Below are positions 13,224 through 26,529 of a stretch of 64,000 nt of DNA, piece by piece; position 1 is the first letter of the stretch, and every line of letters begins with the position of its first letter. The stretch spans positions 29,140,001 through 29,204,000 of the forward strand of contig OZ241834.1 in NCBI GenBank assembly GCA_965202585.1, in the 5' to 3' direction. The stretch comes from Thalia democratica (Eukaryota). The notes beneath the pieces were generated by a model. That model had not been told where the DNA came from. It did no database searches and worked only from the letters and a program-made list of their open reading frames with translations. A program made the position numbers and the translations under genes.

Positions 13224-13335
13224 GTCCTGGACATAAAAGTGTAACCTGGTGTATGATTCGATAACCGAAAAGTTTTTTCGTCCACCAGGTCCTTGGACCA
13301 AATTTTTGAGTGTTTTTTTTCGTTCAATAAACAAT
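13224..13335 (+). repeat. ~120 bp dispersed hairpin repeat (SINE/MITE-like)
   Basis: gtcctggac..ggtgtaYgactcgataaccgaaaggtt..gtRcaccagg..ttttgagcg-Tn; other copies at ~14338(-), ~14480(-), ~14822(+), ~29370(+), ~39154(+), ~57370(-), ~59775(+). Confidence 0.8.
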
Positions 13336-14926
13336 ATAAATTGGAAAAACTTATTTAATATTATGTAAAAAAATACTTAATTGAACAGTTCCAGTTAAAG
13401 TAGTTTAGCTAAAAACTCAACTTAAAACAAAAATAAATCATATTTTGAAAAACAGACGTGAACCATTATTTTATAATTTAATCATTAAAAATATATATAG
13501 ATTTTAAATGTTCTTAAAATAAAAACACAATGTGAATTCATCAAAAGTTTTTAAAATAATAGATAAACCTTTTGAGTTGTATAATCATTCAAAATAACTT
13601 TTTTAAACACTGTGCAACTTTGGTAGTTATAAAATTTTTGTATAGTTTATACTTTTTTTCAAAAAACTTAATAAAACTACTTCATTTTGACGTAGTTCTT
13701 TAAAAAAATATGAATTAAACTTTAGTTAATATCAAAAATCAACTATATTGGTACGAATTAAAAAAAAAATTAAGAAAACCACATTTAATCGCTTTTAATA
13801 AACGCTTTTTTTTCAATTTTATAGGGGTAGCACAGGCAGTCAAAACACGCCCTTGTTAATGTCCCTTTTTTGTTTCTTTAGATATGACCCATTGAAAACT
13901 TAAAAAAAGATTAACTTAAACTTAAAAAATAAAAAGTGTTACTTAAAAAAATATTATTTTCAAAATTAAATTTGCGTCGCAAAGCTTTAATCCACTGAAA
14001 AATGAAAAATAAATATTAAAGTAAGAAAAATCTAAACGCTAAAATATTAAGATCAATACAAAACCTTTTCACATATATGTTAAATATAATTTTATTAAGT
14101 GTTTAAGTGAACACTATAATCATTAAAAAAAAATGTAATTTTTCTTCAAAGTATAATAAAGATTTTTTTATTTTATAATTTAAGCAGTTTCCATCAAAAG
14201 TTATAAAACAATGAGCATTTTTTAGTCTGTAGACTCACTAGAAAAATTTCATTTCCGTGTACGTAATTTTACGAAATCGTAATAATAGCATTATAAAAAA
14301 TCTTGATCACTTTTTCAAATGATTATTAAATCATTGTTTATTGAACAACAAAAAATACAGTAAAAATATTTGGTTCTGAGACCCGACGCACGAAAAAGAA
14401 GTTCGTTTATCGAGTCATGCACCGCTTGGATACCTTTTAACGTCTTCTTAAAGACTTTAAGTTCTTGTCCTTTAATATACTGTTTATTGAACGACAAAAA
14501 AAGCGCTCAAAATGTTTTGTCCTAAGACCGGGTGAACAAAAATAACTTTCCTGTTATTGGGTCGCAAACCACGGATGCCTTTTAATGTCTTGTTCAGCCT
14601 TTTAATAAGCATTTTTAAGTATAAAACTATGGGCATAGTTATAGTTATTTGTTATAAAACAACCTTTTTTTTCCACAAAGTTTGTTAAGCTGAAAGACGT
14701 CTTTAGCTAGAAATTTATAATTTGTAAGCTGAGTCTAGTCCGCGGGCGGTACAATATCCATCCTAATTTAGTATTTTGGTACAATTTTATAATCAATGTA
14801 ACTAGTCGTGAACAATAAAGTTAAACTGTATCCAAGTGGTGTACGACTCGTTAACCGAAAGGTTCCTTCGTACACTAGGTCTTAACACTAAATATTTTGA
14901 GCGTTTTTTTTTTCAATCAACAAACA

Positions 14927-17015
14927 GGGTAGCTGTCTAAATTGCGCAAGCGTACAAAATTGCACGTAGACTAAATTGCACGAAGGTTCATTTTTGCACG
15001 AAGAAACTTTTGCACGAGGGGATGTTTTTGCATGTCATACAATTTTGCACGAAAAAAATTTATATCATATTTAAGAATAATAAAAAATCAAATTAATAAA
15101 ATAATAACTATTTAATAAAAATATTAAAAATTAAGAAAAAATTTAAGTAAAAAAATAACAAATCAAATAAACAAAAAATAAATAAATAAATTAAAATTTT
15201 AGGTAAAAAATAATAAATTGAATGTTATTGATTAAAAATTGATTAAAAATGAATTGATTAAAACATAATAATAAAAAAATAAGAATTCGAAAAATAAAAT
15301 AACTAAATATTAAATATATTTAAAAAAAACTAAAAAAACTTTTTAAATAAATAAGTTAAATAATAATTTCATAAATCAAAGTCCGAAATAAAAGTTATAA
15401 AAAAAGTCTGAACAAATAAATTAAATAATTAAATAAACTTGAAAGAAATAATAATAGTAATTAAAAAGTCAAAATGAACAGATTAAATAATTAAACAAAA
15501 ATTCAATCAAAAAAAATTTTATAAATAAAAATAAAAACTAGAATATAAAACTAGATTTTAAACATTATTAGAATATTGTTACCAGAAAAAGTTTTGTTAT
15601 TAACCATATTAATATATTTCTTTTTATTAAAAATATATATTAACTAATTGTAGCTGTTGCGTTATTTTGTTAATTTTCCTTTATTCAAAAGCTTGTAACT
15701 CCTTTTTCTTCCAAAAAAGTTTAAAAAAAGTTTTTGACAGCGTTTTTCACAAGTCTGGGTTAGATAAAAAATATAAAACAGAGCAGGAGAAACTTAGGAG
15801 CTAACTAGAATAAAACGCGTGCAAATAGTGATGCAACTAAGAAAAGTTTCAACAAATAGAAAATGATGATATATAAATTATGTTTATATTTTTATTATCC
15901 TTTGTTTTTGTGGATATAAAAACAAATCACAGAAAATTGGCAGACCTTGCTAGATTTTCAATCAAAATATCTCAAAATTTCACTTATTTTCATCCTGTAT
16001 AACCTAAATCTTAAATTTACGTTAAATATTTGTAGTAGAAAGAAATATTTTTTTACTTTAAGACTTTGTATTTAGTATCTACTAAAGATTTACAAGCTAA
16101 AAAAAATCAAATTAAGTTAAAACATGAGTGTATTTAAAAAACTAAAAGATAAAGTAAATGTAAGATAAAAATATTTTAATTATTATTAAAATATTAATTT
16201 AAATTATAAAACACTTAAAAGAAGACTAAAATATTTATTTGAAAATTTTCATATAAAATAAAAAAAACAATTTTAAGTATAATTTATAGAACTGCAAAGC
16301 CATAACAGATTTTCTATATTATTCACAATAAAAATTTCATCAGACAGTTTTCCTCCTTTCTAAATTTATCTAATTGTCTCATTAGTTTGAATGCTCGTTT
16401 TTTTTCTGTGCAAAAGTATCTTCGTGCAATTTTGTCGCCTCGTGCAATTTTAACACCTACCCATGTATATGCATATTTTTTTTAGCTTTTTTTATTTCAT
16501 ATTAAAATTAAGTTTAATTATAATTTAATCTAAGTCAACATCAATACATTTTTATTTTTTAACAAGGGTTATTTTTATTAAAATAAAGTTCTAGTTTAAT
16601 TTTTATTAAACTAAAATTTTAATTTATAGTAGTTTTTAAACACATTTATTTAATTTAAAAACAAGCTTAATAATTAAAAAAATATATAACTAATTTTAAC
16701 CTAGTTAAATTAAAATGAATTACACTAATACATACTTATTATTTTTTATAAAATACAAAGGTTTTAATGTATTTTTAATTTAGTTATTTAAGTTAGTATT
16801 TTTTTTTGTGTAAAATTAACCCTTCGTGCAAAACTATCAGTCGTGTAAAATTGTAACTCGTGCAAAATTGAGCATCCTTGCAAAATAGTCTTCGTGAAAT
16901 TTTTTGCCTGCGTGCACACTAGTCTTCGTTCAATTTTGTACACTCCTGCAATTTTTTCTCGTGCAATTAAGTCCCTACGTGCAATTTTGTCTTCGCGCAA
17001 TTTAGACCCGTTCCC
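14927..17015 (+). mobile_element. Foldback/MULE-like non-autonomous TIR element A
   Basis: Ends GGGTAGCTGTCTAAATTGCGC / GCGCAATTTAGACCCGTTCCC, subterminal arrays of aaaattgcacga, flanks caacaaaca/gaacaaaga (7/9); a third terminus (..ttttaacacctaccc) at ~16461 suggests nesting. Confidence 0.7.
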
Positions 17016-17191
17016 GAACAAAGAATACTACAATAAACAAAAGTTAGAATTAAAAACTATAATAAATGTTATCAAAAAAGTATAAAAAAGTTATAAAACA
17101 GATGTTTCAAAATCTAGAAATAGTTTATAATAAAAAAAAATTGTATTAATTTTAAATAACTATTATTTTTGAAACTTTCAGCTGTTTAAAT

Positions 17192-17866
17192 GGGAACAGG
17201 TTTAAATTGCACATAAACAAAGTTGCACGAGGTTACTAAATTGCACGAGAACAAAATTGAACAAGTGCTCAAAATTGCACTAAGACAAAATTGCACGAGG
17301 AAAAAAAATGCTTTAAGACGATTTGCACCAAGGGTCAATTTCGTACTAGTTACATTTCTGCACAAGAGTAAAAAAAATAAAAATAAATAAAAACAAAAAC
17401 AGAAAACTAAACTAAAAATTATTTAGTAAAAAAGCTACTGACCGAGGTCAAGGGTTAGGAGTAACAGTGATAGTTAAAAAAAAAATAATTAATAAACAAA
17501 AATTAACATTAAAAACAAAATTGAAAGAAAAATATTAAAAAACAATAATCTACTGACCGAGGGCAAGGGTTAAGGGTAACAGTTATATTAATTTAAAAAA
17601 AAAGAAAAAAAATTAAGAAGAAATAACTTATCGCCCGAGGGTAAGGGTTAGGGGTAGAAATGATAGTAAAAAAAATAATAAAAAAAAGGCAAAATTAATA
17701 AAAAAGTTTATAGATAAATAAAAAAATTAACCCGTGCAGAAATATCTCCGTGCGAAATTTTCTGCTTGTGCAAAAGTGTCTTCGTGCAAAAGTGACCCTT
17801 TGTGCAAAAGTATCTTCGTGTAATTTTGTGCACTCGTTCAATTTTATCCCCTCGTGACAGCTACCC
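17192..17866 (-). mobile_element. Same-family element B in opposite orientation
   Basis: Ends GGGAACAGGTTTAAATTGC / GACAGCTACCC, ttgcacga arrays, flanks gtttaaat/gtttaaaa (7/8), three internal gaccgagg.caagggttagg repeats. Confidence 0.75.
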
Positions 17867-18473
17867 GTTTAAAATTGTATTTATAGCTTTTTAATACTAG
17901 AATTAATCATTAAGTTACAGTTTTACTAATTTTTAACTTTATATAAGTTATTTTAGAAAACTTTTGTATAATGTTTGTTTTATTATATTAATATTGTTCA
18001 AGAAATGTATAATAATAGCTACATTTTTTTTAATGTATTCGATCTATTATTACATTTTTTTAATAGTTAATAAAAAAAAACTACTATTGTTCATTGATGC
18101 ATAAGACCATGGTAAATATATTCAGTCCATACATATTAAAAAAATTAAAAACAAAAAAAAAATATGAATTGGCGTAACTTGAAAATATAGCTTTTCTGTT
18201 ATACAAAAAACAATTTTAAAAATTAATATTTTAAGTTATTTTGTAACAAACTTGTTTAAACAAAAATAGCAATTTAGATTTTAAACTTAATTAATTTACA
18301 TATTAAATAACAATTTTTTCAAAATAAGTTTTTTTATTAACTAATATTTTTAAATATCTAATTTAATTTACTACTAGCAACGAATTTAATTCATTCGTTT
18401 CTTTTTGCAAAATAAAAATTAATAATATTTATAACAATCGTAATATACCATTAACTATTTAGCAAAGTAATTA

Positions 18474-18700
18474 CCTGTGGTTATAGTTGCCATAATGCCC
18501 TAAATAAAGTGTGCTGAATACTATAAACCTATGTTTGTTTCAATTTAAAATGTTATGCTCGAGTAACTTTCGCCACATGCCTGTTGCTAGAATAGCAACT
18601 ATTTAGCAATTTGCCGTCACTAAAACAAGTGATTTCTATTTAAACTTTAATTGTCATAAGTATTAAAAAAAACGTAATAATACATCAATACATATTAAAT
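18474..18700 (-). other. Candidate 5'UTR exon/promoter of the CTL gene
   Basis: Minus-strand CAG|GTAATT donor at ~18474 next to CpG-containing sequence; far boundary is a guess. Confidence 0.25.
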
Positions 18701-19079
18701 GCAGGTATTTTTTCTTGAATACTTCAAATCGAAAACCAAAAGTTTCACTTTTTTATAAGTGTATAATTAAAATAAAAACAAATTTTAGTTTCATGGTTTT
18801 TTTTTAGCTCAAGTATTAGTTATCATTTTAATTTCTACTTTAGAATTTTTTACTTATTTTTAAAGAATATGTACAATAATTTTTTTTTTACTTTTTAGTG
18901 AAACAAAAGATGTTTTTAGAAAATTATTTTTAAATTGTTAATAATATTTTTTGATTATTAATAAAGTATGTTTTTTAACGAAAAACTTTAATATTTTACT
19001 TTTATAAACTGAAGTCTAATAGAACAGTTATAGTTAACTATTAGAATGCTGAATAGTGAAGTAATAATTCCCCTTGGCT

Positions 19080-19385
19080 TTGCATAAACTTACACGTTGA
19101 GGAGAAAACTGCCCTTTTTTGTTTTTGTACTTTTTGTTTGTGAATGTTGAACATTCGAACGTTTTCTCAATTCTTCTTCATTCAGTCCTTTTTCATTTCG
19201 ATTCATTGAGGTGGTAACACACCTATGAGCAGCAGGGCTATGCTGCTAGGGAAATGGTAAGTATTTTGGAAACTTTTCCAAGTATAATTGAGAAATATAT
19301 AATTTAACTTTTTTTTACAGTTGTTTCAACGACGGACGTTGGTGTGCAGGGCTGTTTCGATGGATTGGAACATTTCAGAATTGAG
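19080..19385 (+). other. Candidate divergent spliced transcript with a 64-nt intron (19257-19320)
   Basis: ATG|GTAAGT donor, polypyrimidine tract plus TTACAG acceptor; spliced 31-aa sORF from ATG 19225 (MSSRAMLLGKCCFNDGRWCAGLFRWIGTFQN). Confidence 0.45.
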
Positions 19386-22300
19386 CATTTTCTTGTACAA
19401 CTCCCATAAATTGTTAGTCTAGCTCAAAATTAGTTAATCAAAATCATATATTTATAAACTATGATGTGAAATATTGTCCCCAAAGTCACCTTTAGGCTAA
19501 TTCCAGTTAGTGCACTTGTTAAATAAGCTTTTAACGATTTAAGGCTTGGTAATAGTGGTAATTTACTGAAAGCTAAGTCTCTTTTTCAAAGTTAGCTTAT
19601 TATTGTCATTTCTTATAAAATGACCATTAAATTTGTTTATGTTGGTCTGAAAAATGACAAGTTTATGAGCTGTATGAATGTATTTTGAACAACTCAAAAT
19701 TTATCTCAAGTATTAAACTGATTTAATATAAATCATTGCAATATATTGTCCTCAAGGTCACCTTCAAGCTAATATCACAAAGTTCACTTGTTAAATTGGC
19801 TTAAATTGCAGTATGAGGCTTGAATATACTCTCTGCTCAGCAGGTACCGAATTATTCCGATTTACAGTTAATTCATCATATGATCATTACCAAACAAATT
19901 TTCTTGTCTAATTCCTGATATTTATCAGATGACTGTTGTCAATTCTATTAAGTTTGTTCAAAAGATTTTTCAGCTCAATGAATGTATTGCTCAATCAAAA
20001 GAGATGTATTCTGTATTTATTGAAATCTGATAAATGTAAACATTATTGCTTAATCTTTAGTATAACCATCTTAATAATAGGTTCTAGCTCAAGCTGGTTT
20101 AAAATTGCTTGTTGACACTGACAGGTTTGGTTTTCAAAGCATTGTAGACAACATGAGTCACACTAAATTAGCCAGAATTGCTTAGAAAATTGCAAAAAGT
20201 GAAAGTTTTCTCTGTTAATACAATTTTAACATGTTAATTTCTTTAGCAATAAGAGCAAGACGATTTTTGGACTGAAAGATTTATAAAATGCCCAAACTAT
20301 GCTTGAGATTTCTGATAAATAATAACTGTTAAGTTTTATAAATAGTTAAGTGAAGTTCTTAATTAGCACAAGTTTTATTTGAAAGTTCAGCTAACCTGAA
20401 TGGCCTCATTGGCCCAATTATTTAGCTACTCACCACTTCTTATATTGGCTACATGTACTTTCACATCCAAAGCTTGTTTAATATTGTTATTTTGTTTGAT
20501 TATATTATTTTGGTTGATAACTCAACTAGCTATTTTCTCTTGAATCAAATGCAAAATTTTATGATGCTAATCAAGTTGTCTGTTGTAGATATTAGGTTTT
20601 TTTGTTTCATTAACAAGTTATACAAGAAGTTAATTTTTTCACTGTTCAGGTTTTACTGAATTTATTATAACTTCATCCATATTCTAAGCTGGTGTAGTGT
20701 GATAAACTTAAGGTCACTCAAACCATCTATCTGTATTTTAGAGTGACAAACTCACTTAGATATACTTGGTTTAGAAAGTCTGAAGGTTGATTTCATAAAA
20801 TAACTACTTGAATTACTGTTTTTGAATACAAGGTTGTTGTTGGTATACTTGAAGTGAATAAGTACTTAATTAATGTTTAGGGTACATTTATACCAAACTA
20901 TCATATTAATTCAATAATTATTTCATGTATTGAAGCTAAGTTATTCTTAACAGGTAACATTTCTGATGAAATTTTGTTTAAAAATTAGGGTTTATAATTA
21001 ATTTCAGTAGAATTAAAAGGCTTAAGGAGATGGAGGCTAAATAAACACAGAAAAATGTATAAAAATATAAAATATAATAATGTAGTATCTATGTTTGAAG
21101 AGTTATTGTATCCTCTCTGGTCAACTACAACTCATTGATACAAAAATATATAATTCAAGCAAAAAATATTTAGATATACAATAAGGAAAATAAAAAAATA
21201 TTCAATCATCAAAAGTTAGATTTGCTCAAATAATTTCCAACTAATGTTTAAGTTTATTTTGATTAGATGTTGAATTTTCAGATAATATAGATAAAGGCTA
21301 GTTTGTACTCAATAGGCTTTATTTTAAGTGGCTTTGTAGTTTAACCTACGATTTTTGTTTTAAAATTTAGAGTTTAACCTTTGTAGATTGCCAACATTAT
21401 GTCATACTTCTTAATACTTAACATTATTATGAAACCATGTACACACTAGCTGTAGCTGTAATATTTATTTTAATGAAAAATAAACAGCACTGTCTTCTCC
21501 TATGCCAAATTGTAATAAAATGCCTGTTCCTTAATTCATTACAATAATACATTTTTGGTAATTCTGCAACCTAAACTATTCTGAAAAATTGCTTATACAG
21601 AAAAATGTTCCATAAACGTTAAATGAAAAAAAGAAAACACATTTAAATGAATTAAAAGTTGCTTGGTACTGTTTTGAAATCTACTAATGCACTAATTTAA
21701 ATTAAAGTCTAAGTAGTTGGTAACAGATGACATTGGGGTAAGCATTAAGTTGTGTTTCATAATAACTGTAAAAGTGTTTGTGTATTTAAATGCTTTTCAA
21801 TGAAACCTGTATTACATGTACCTATTATTGAAATAACCATTTTAAACAACATCATAATTAATTATATTACAGTTAATAGGCTACCTTCTCATTTGTTATT
21901 AATTTTTTTTTGTTTAGCATATGTTTTTATTATAAAAAAGTTTATATATGAATATAGTAAGTAGTTGTTAAGTTGGTTAAGCTACTCAATGAATGAATAA
22001 GTAAAAGAGAATTATATATGAACTGAAAATTAAATCGGTTGCTATCCAAATTAAAAAAATTAAGGTATCTAAAAAGAATATTTAATAGTATATTACAAGA
22101 AATAATAAGCAACAAATTTATTCCAAACAGTAATTCTTTAAATTTAATTAAGAAATTAATGTTTATAAAACATGAATCGAGCCTTGAAAACTCTTCTTTC
22201 CCTGGTAGTGCCACTATGTAAACAAACAAGTTAAGAAAAGTCCCCATGCAAAATATTATGAAAACAGTAAAAAGTGTTTACACTAAATTTTAACAGTAAA

Positions 22301-24712
22301 TGTAAGGACCAAAAATGTAAAAGTTTTAAATAGTAATGACAGCATTTTCAGATTATTATTGTAAAAGTTAAAGCCTTCAACTTAGTTTACTGTATTTAAC
22401 TAAAGTTATGGCAACATTATAGTTGTTGTGTTTATAGTTTGAAAAGTATATAGATAACTTTGATAATAAGTTAAAAAGCTATATAGATAGCTTTAACATA
22501 GTTGTTAAAGTTTCTGAACAAATTTGAATTTTTTAAGGTATAAATGTTTCTTATTTATTGTTATTGAATATTTTAATATTACTCCAATATTTTTATTTAT
22601 ATTTACTTTGTAGAGCAATTGGTTGTAATTAGTACTGGGAAGGTACACTTCTTTGTTATCTATGATTATTTTTACATAAAAATCATTCAAGTTTTTATGA
22701 AATATCTATTTTTAACATTTTTATTCATTTTTAACATAAGAATACAGTCATAATTGTGATATAGTTCTAATTTGAAGATTACCTACATATTATATTTTAA
22801 CTTTATTGATAAAATACTAACTTTCGAATGGTTTTTATTTGGTGTAAAACAAATTTGTTGTTGAATATGGTCATAGTTTATCAATTTCAAAATAACATAG
22901 TAGGTAATACCAAATGTTTAATTTTTTGGTCAAATTGAATTTGTTTATACTTACTACTAATTCTAACATTAAAAAATATAATTGCCAAAGTTAGATAAGA
23001 AAATTGCCACACATCTTTCAAGCATGACATATTAAGTAAAACCAACTTTATTCAGTATTCAGAACTTATCTAGATCTTAAAATTCTAGACACTCCCACAA
23101 AGTAGGCATAAGAATTTAATCCCTGGTTTTATTAAGAGTTAACCAAACTATGAAATAATGTGTTGATTTGTTAAGGTGATTTTATCAAAAGCTCATATCT
23201 ATAGAAAGCTGCTGCTGTTAGCTGTAAATCAATAGCAATTAATAACATTAGGTGTTGTCCCCTAAATGGTCCAGATTATTAGTAAAACTTACCCCATAGA
23301 AACAAGAATGCTACTATATATACATTGCAATGATTAATAATGCTAAACCAAATTTTCAATAAAAATTAATTCTGAATATGGGCCAAAAAGACTATTTTAT
23401 ATTAATCATCATTGTATTAGAGATTTAAGTAGTATGAAAAAATAACAGTTTTATTAAAAAGTTATAATTTATTATAAAATATAACTTGTTTATTTTTAAT
23501 TTTATATTTGAAATAATATATGTTGAGTAATTTTATGAAATATTATTAAAAAATAAACAAAATTTATAGAAATTAACTATACTATGAACTTCTTAATTAT
23601 TGAATTTTGTTATCTTATATTATCAACAGTGCTGCAAATGGCAACTACTAAGTTTTGAGTGTTTTAAGCAGTTTTATAAAATTTTTCAAAATAATTAATA
23701 CTACTGCTCAGTTTGTTTTATCAGCCTTGTAAATTGCATTTTGTGGTTGAAATTTCAAGTCAAGCCAACAAATTATTAAATGTAAATATTTAAAAATTGT
23801 TCAATAACAGCAAAAATTTTCATTATAAATGTGTTGAATTGTTTTGGTAACAACTTAAGAAAATTATATGTAGAAAAACTATCTGAACAAACATAAATGC
23901 CACATCACCTGCTATGATACAGACTATTACTTAGGCATTAAACAATCTCTAGTAATTGAAATTAATAGATATTAATAAAATAAATTTATTTTAACCTTAC
24001 TGTTTGAAGTGGATTTAAATGATAAAATAATATGCAATAATATTAAATAATACACTGGGTCTATATGGGTATGTATGTTTTTTAATTTCTACCTTAAAGT
24101 TTATGGCATTGCAGTTTTGTATTATTGAATCAATGTTGTCAAAATCATTTGAAATCTGTGGTAATCAAATGTTTTTTAAGTGAATTTAAACCTATGAATT
24201 TCTATTCTTCTTATATAAAATCTTAAATAAAATTCTTAATTAAAATGTGCTTATTTTTGTACAGTCTACTAAACAGTGGTCAGAACACTTGTCTTAGCAT
24301 CAAAATTTAAATTCATGTTTTATAAAACATAGGAAGAATTTTTCAAAAAACATCTTTCTTGCAATACATTGTTCTAACTAAGGGGCATAGACATATAAGG
24401 AAAAAAAAAGCTTAAATTAGCCACATGATGATCACTTGAGTTTATTATAATTAAAAAGTATTTCAATAATCTATTACTGTAAAAAAATGGCAATGGTGTC
24501 TATTAGTATGTAAAAAAATAGTTGGTAACAATTTTATTTTGTCTGTGTGATGAAATTTCATACTTAAGTTATTGATTTTTTGATAAATTATTTTAACTGT
24601 TAACTAATTTGTTTATGATATAAACTTGTTTAATATTATCCACTGTCAAACCGTAAGTAAGATTTTCAATTTTTTTTCAACTAGTTAAATATTCACTAAA
24701 AATTTTAACTGT

Positions 24713-25172
24713 GGGGCACAAAATTTAAATCTTCGTTGCAATTGGCGGATTAAATGACAAAAAATTCTGACTAATTTATCAAAAAGTGTAATAATTTTCT
24801 AACTTTAAAATGTGTGTAGTTACAAGAAATTTATTTTAATATTCTTAAAATTGTCATATTTAATTGCAACAGAGGTTTAAATTTATTCACACCTACTTCC
24901 TCGTAGTGTGCCCTGGTTAACCACCATGTTATTGTTGCTAAGGGGTCCCCAAATTTGTTAAAAATTAACACTAGGTTCTTAAAACAAAACTGATATATGA
25001 AGGTTAATTTCAATTATTATAGATAAACCATAACTTGTATAGAAGTAGATGAAACGTTTATAAATAGTTCTTTGTATTATCACCATAAAATTTTCTGCAC
25101 CCTCTAAAACTAGTTGTCTTTGCAACCAGTTACTTAGCAACAATTGACTTACATTGTGGGCTAAATGGTGTG
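24713..25172 (+). ncRNA. HDV-like ribozyme, unit 1
   Basis: P1 GGGGCAC/GUGCCCU (G1-U wobble), P3 ACU/AGU, L3 UCCUCGU, P1.1 CC/GG, J4/2 GCUAA with C at 25161, P2 CACACC/GGUGUG, long J1/2 and P4 hairpins. Confidence 0.85.
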
Positions 25173-25501
25173 TCTGTAAATATTACATTATTGATGTTTT
25201 GTATATTTATTTGTTGCGTTTTAAATGTAAAATGGTTGTTCATGCTAAATTGTGTATTTGTTGTATAATAATTTTTTTTTTGTGGTCAATTTTTTTATTA
25301 CTAATTATAGTTATTGTGGTTGATATTTTTATTTTATTACTTTTCATGTAAAAAAATAGGGTTATCATTCCCTAAAAAAATGTTTGTTTTTTGTATATAT
25401 TGTACATAAGATCTTCGAGTTATTTTCCTAAAGCCGCCCTAAAAAGGTAAACCCTCAATGTAATAATTAAAAAAATTACAAAATTTATTGTTGTTGTTTT
25501 A

Positions 25502-25792
25502 TTTCGCTTGACTTATGTCATTAATCTGTCTGCGCGACAACCCTTGCGCACACAATGAATGTACAGATTTTTTAATTAAAATATTTTTAAGACATACTTG
25601 TGAATATTGTTTGAGTTGTGGGTTTAAATCTGCTTCATGTCTGAAAGCAGACCCATTAAGTTGTAAATAATTATTTGTTACTTTATAATTGTACGTTAAT
25701 TTTTATTTTTTTTGTAAAAGTTGTAGACATACTATTGGAAAATGTTTGAGTTGTGGGTTTAAATCTGCTTCATTTTCGAAAGCAGACCCATA
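25502..25792 (+). other. Conserved hairpin cluster downstream of the ribozyme (also ~33404-33674, ~43157-43402, ~51808-52100)
   Basis: tgcgcgacatcccttgcgca hairpin and gtgggtttaaatYtgcttc..gaaagcaRacccaY hairpin in all four units. Confidence 0.7.
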
Positions 25793-26529
25793 TAAATTTT
25801 ACATATATATTTGTTGTTCTAATTTTGGTTTAAATTTATTGTCTTGTTTTTTTGAATGCTGGAAACTATGTATGTTCTGTATAAGGTTCGTAAATCCCCT
25901 AATTTTATGATTTACGCTTGTAAATTTTGCATATAATTGGAAATAATAATTAATTATTTTTCTTAATAGTTTTAATGTCATGATGATATTCAACATAATA
26001 AGAGTAGAAGGAAATCTCTCTTTGTATTATATTATGTTTTTTTGATTTGTGCTCCTTGTTTTTTGTATTCGCTTAAAAAGAACTTTTGTTCTCTTGAGTT
26101 CATAAAAATTGCTCTGTTTGTAATATTTGTACAGATATTTTTTTTTTTTTAATTTCAAATTTTTGTTGTCTTTTTGTTTATTTTAATGATCGTTATCAAG
26201 TGAAAGTTGTGAGGAATTGTATATTTGTAAATATTCTTAGTTGTGTTTTTATTTGTGTAATTTTTTAAACTGATTTTATATTAGCAAAAACTTTTCACAA
26301 CCATGAAAGTTTCAATTTTTTGATCTTGTAAATTTGTACATATTTTTGTTCAACAATTTTAATTTACGCGTTTTATTTTTTTTGAGTCAAATATTTGACA
26401 TGTCTAAAGCCTGTATAACATAAAAAAAATTCGGGAAGAACCACCCGATGTATAAATTGTACATAAAAATTGTATTATTACCAAACACTTTTCAATTTTT
26501 GTCAAGACAACTTTTGTCGAGTTTTTTCA

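Noticed and set aside
17440-17660. Telomere-like GGGTTAGG motifs
   Set aside because: Three internal subrepeats of the MITE, not a TTAGGG array
19400-20800. Possible decayed LINE/RT fragment with a ~270 bp local duplication (19470/19745)
   Set aside because: No RT motif or sustained frame could be read
24915-24956. Compact ribozyme reading using the proximal GCTA(A/G)GG as J4/2 and P2'
   Set aside because: P2 is only 3 bp or mismatched; that strand pairs in the long P4, and the distal GCUAA plus P2' covaries in all copies
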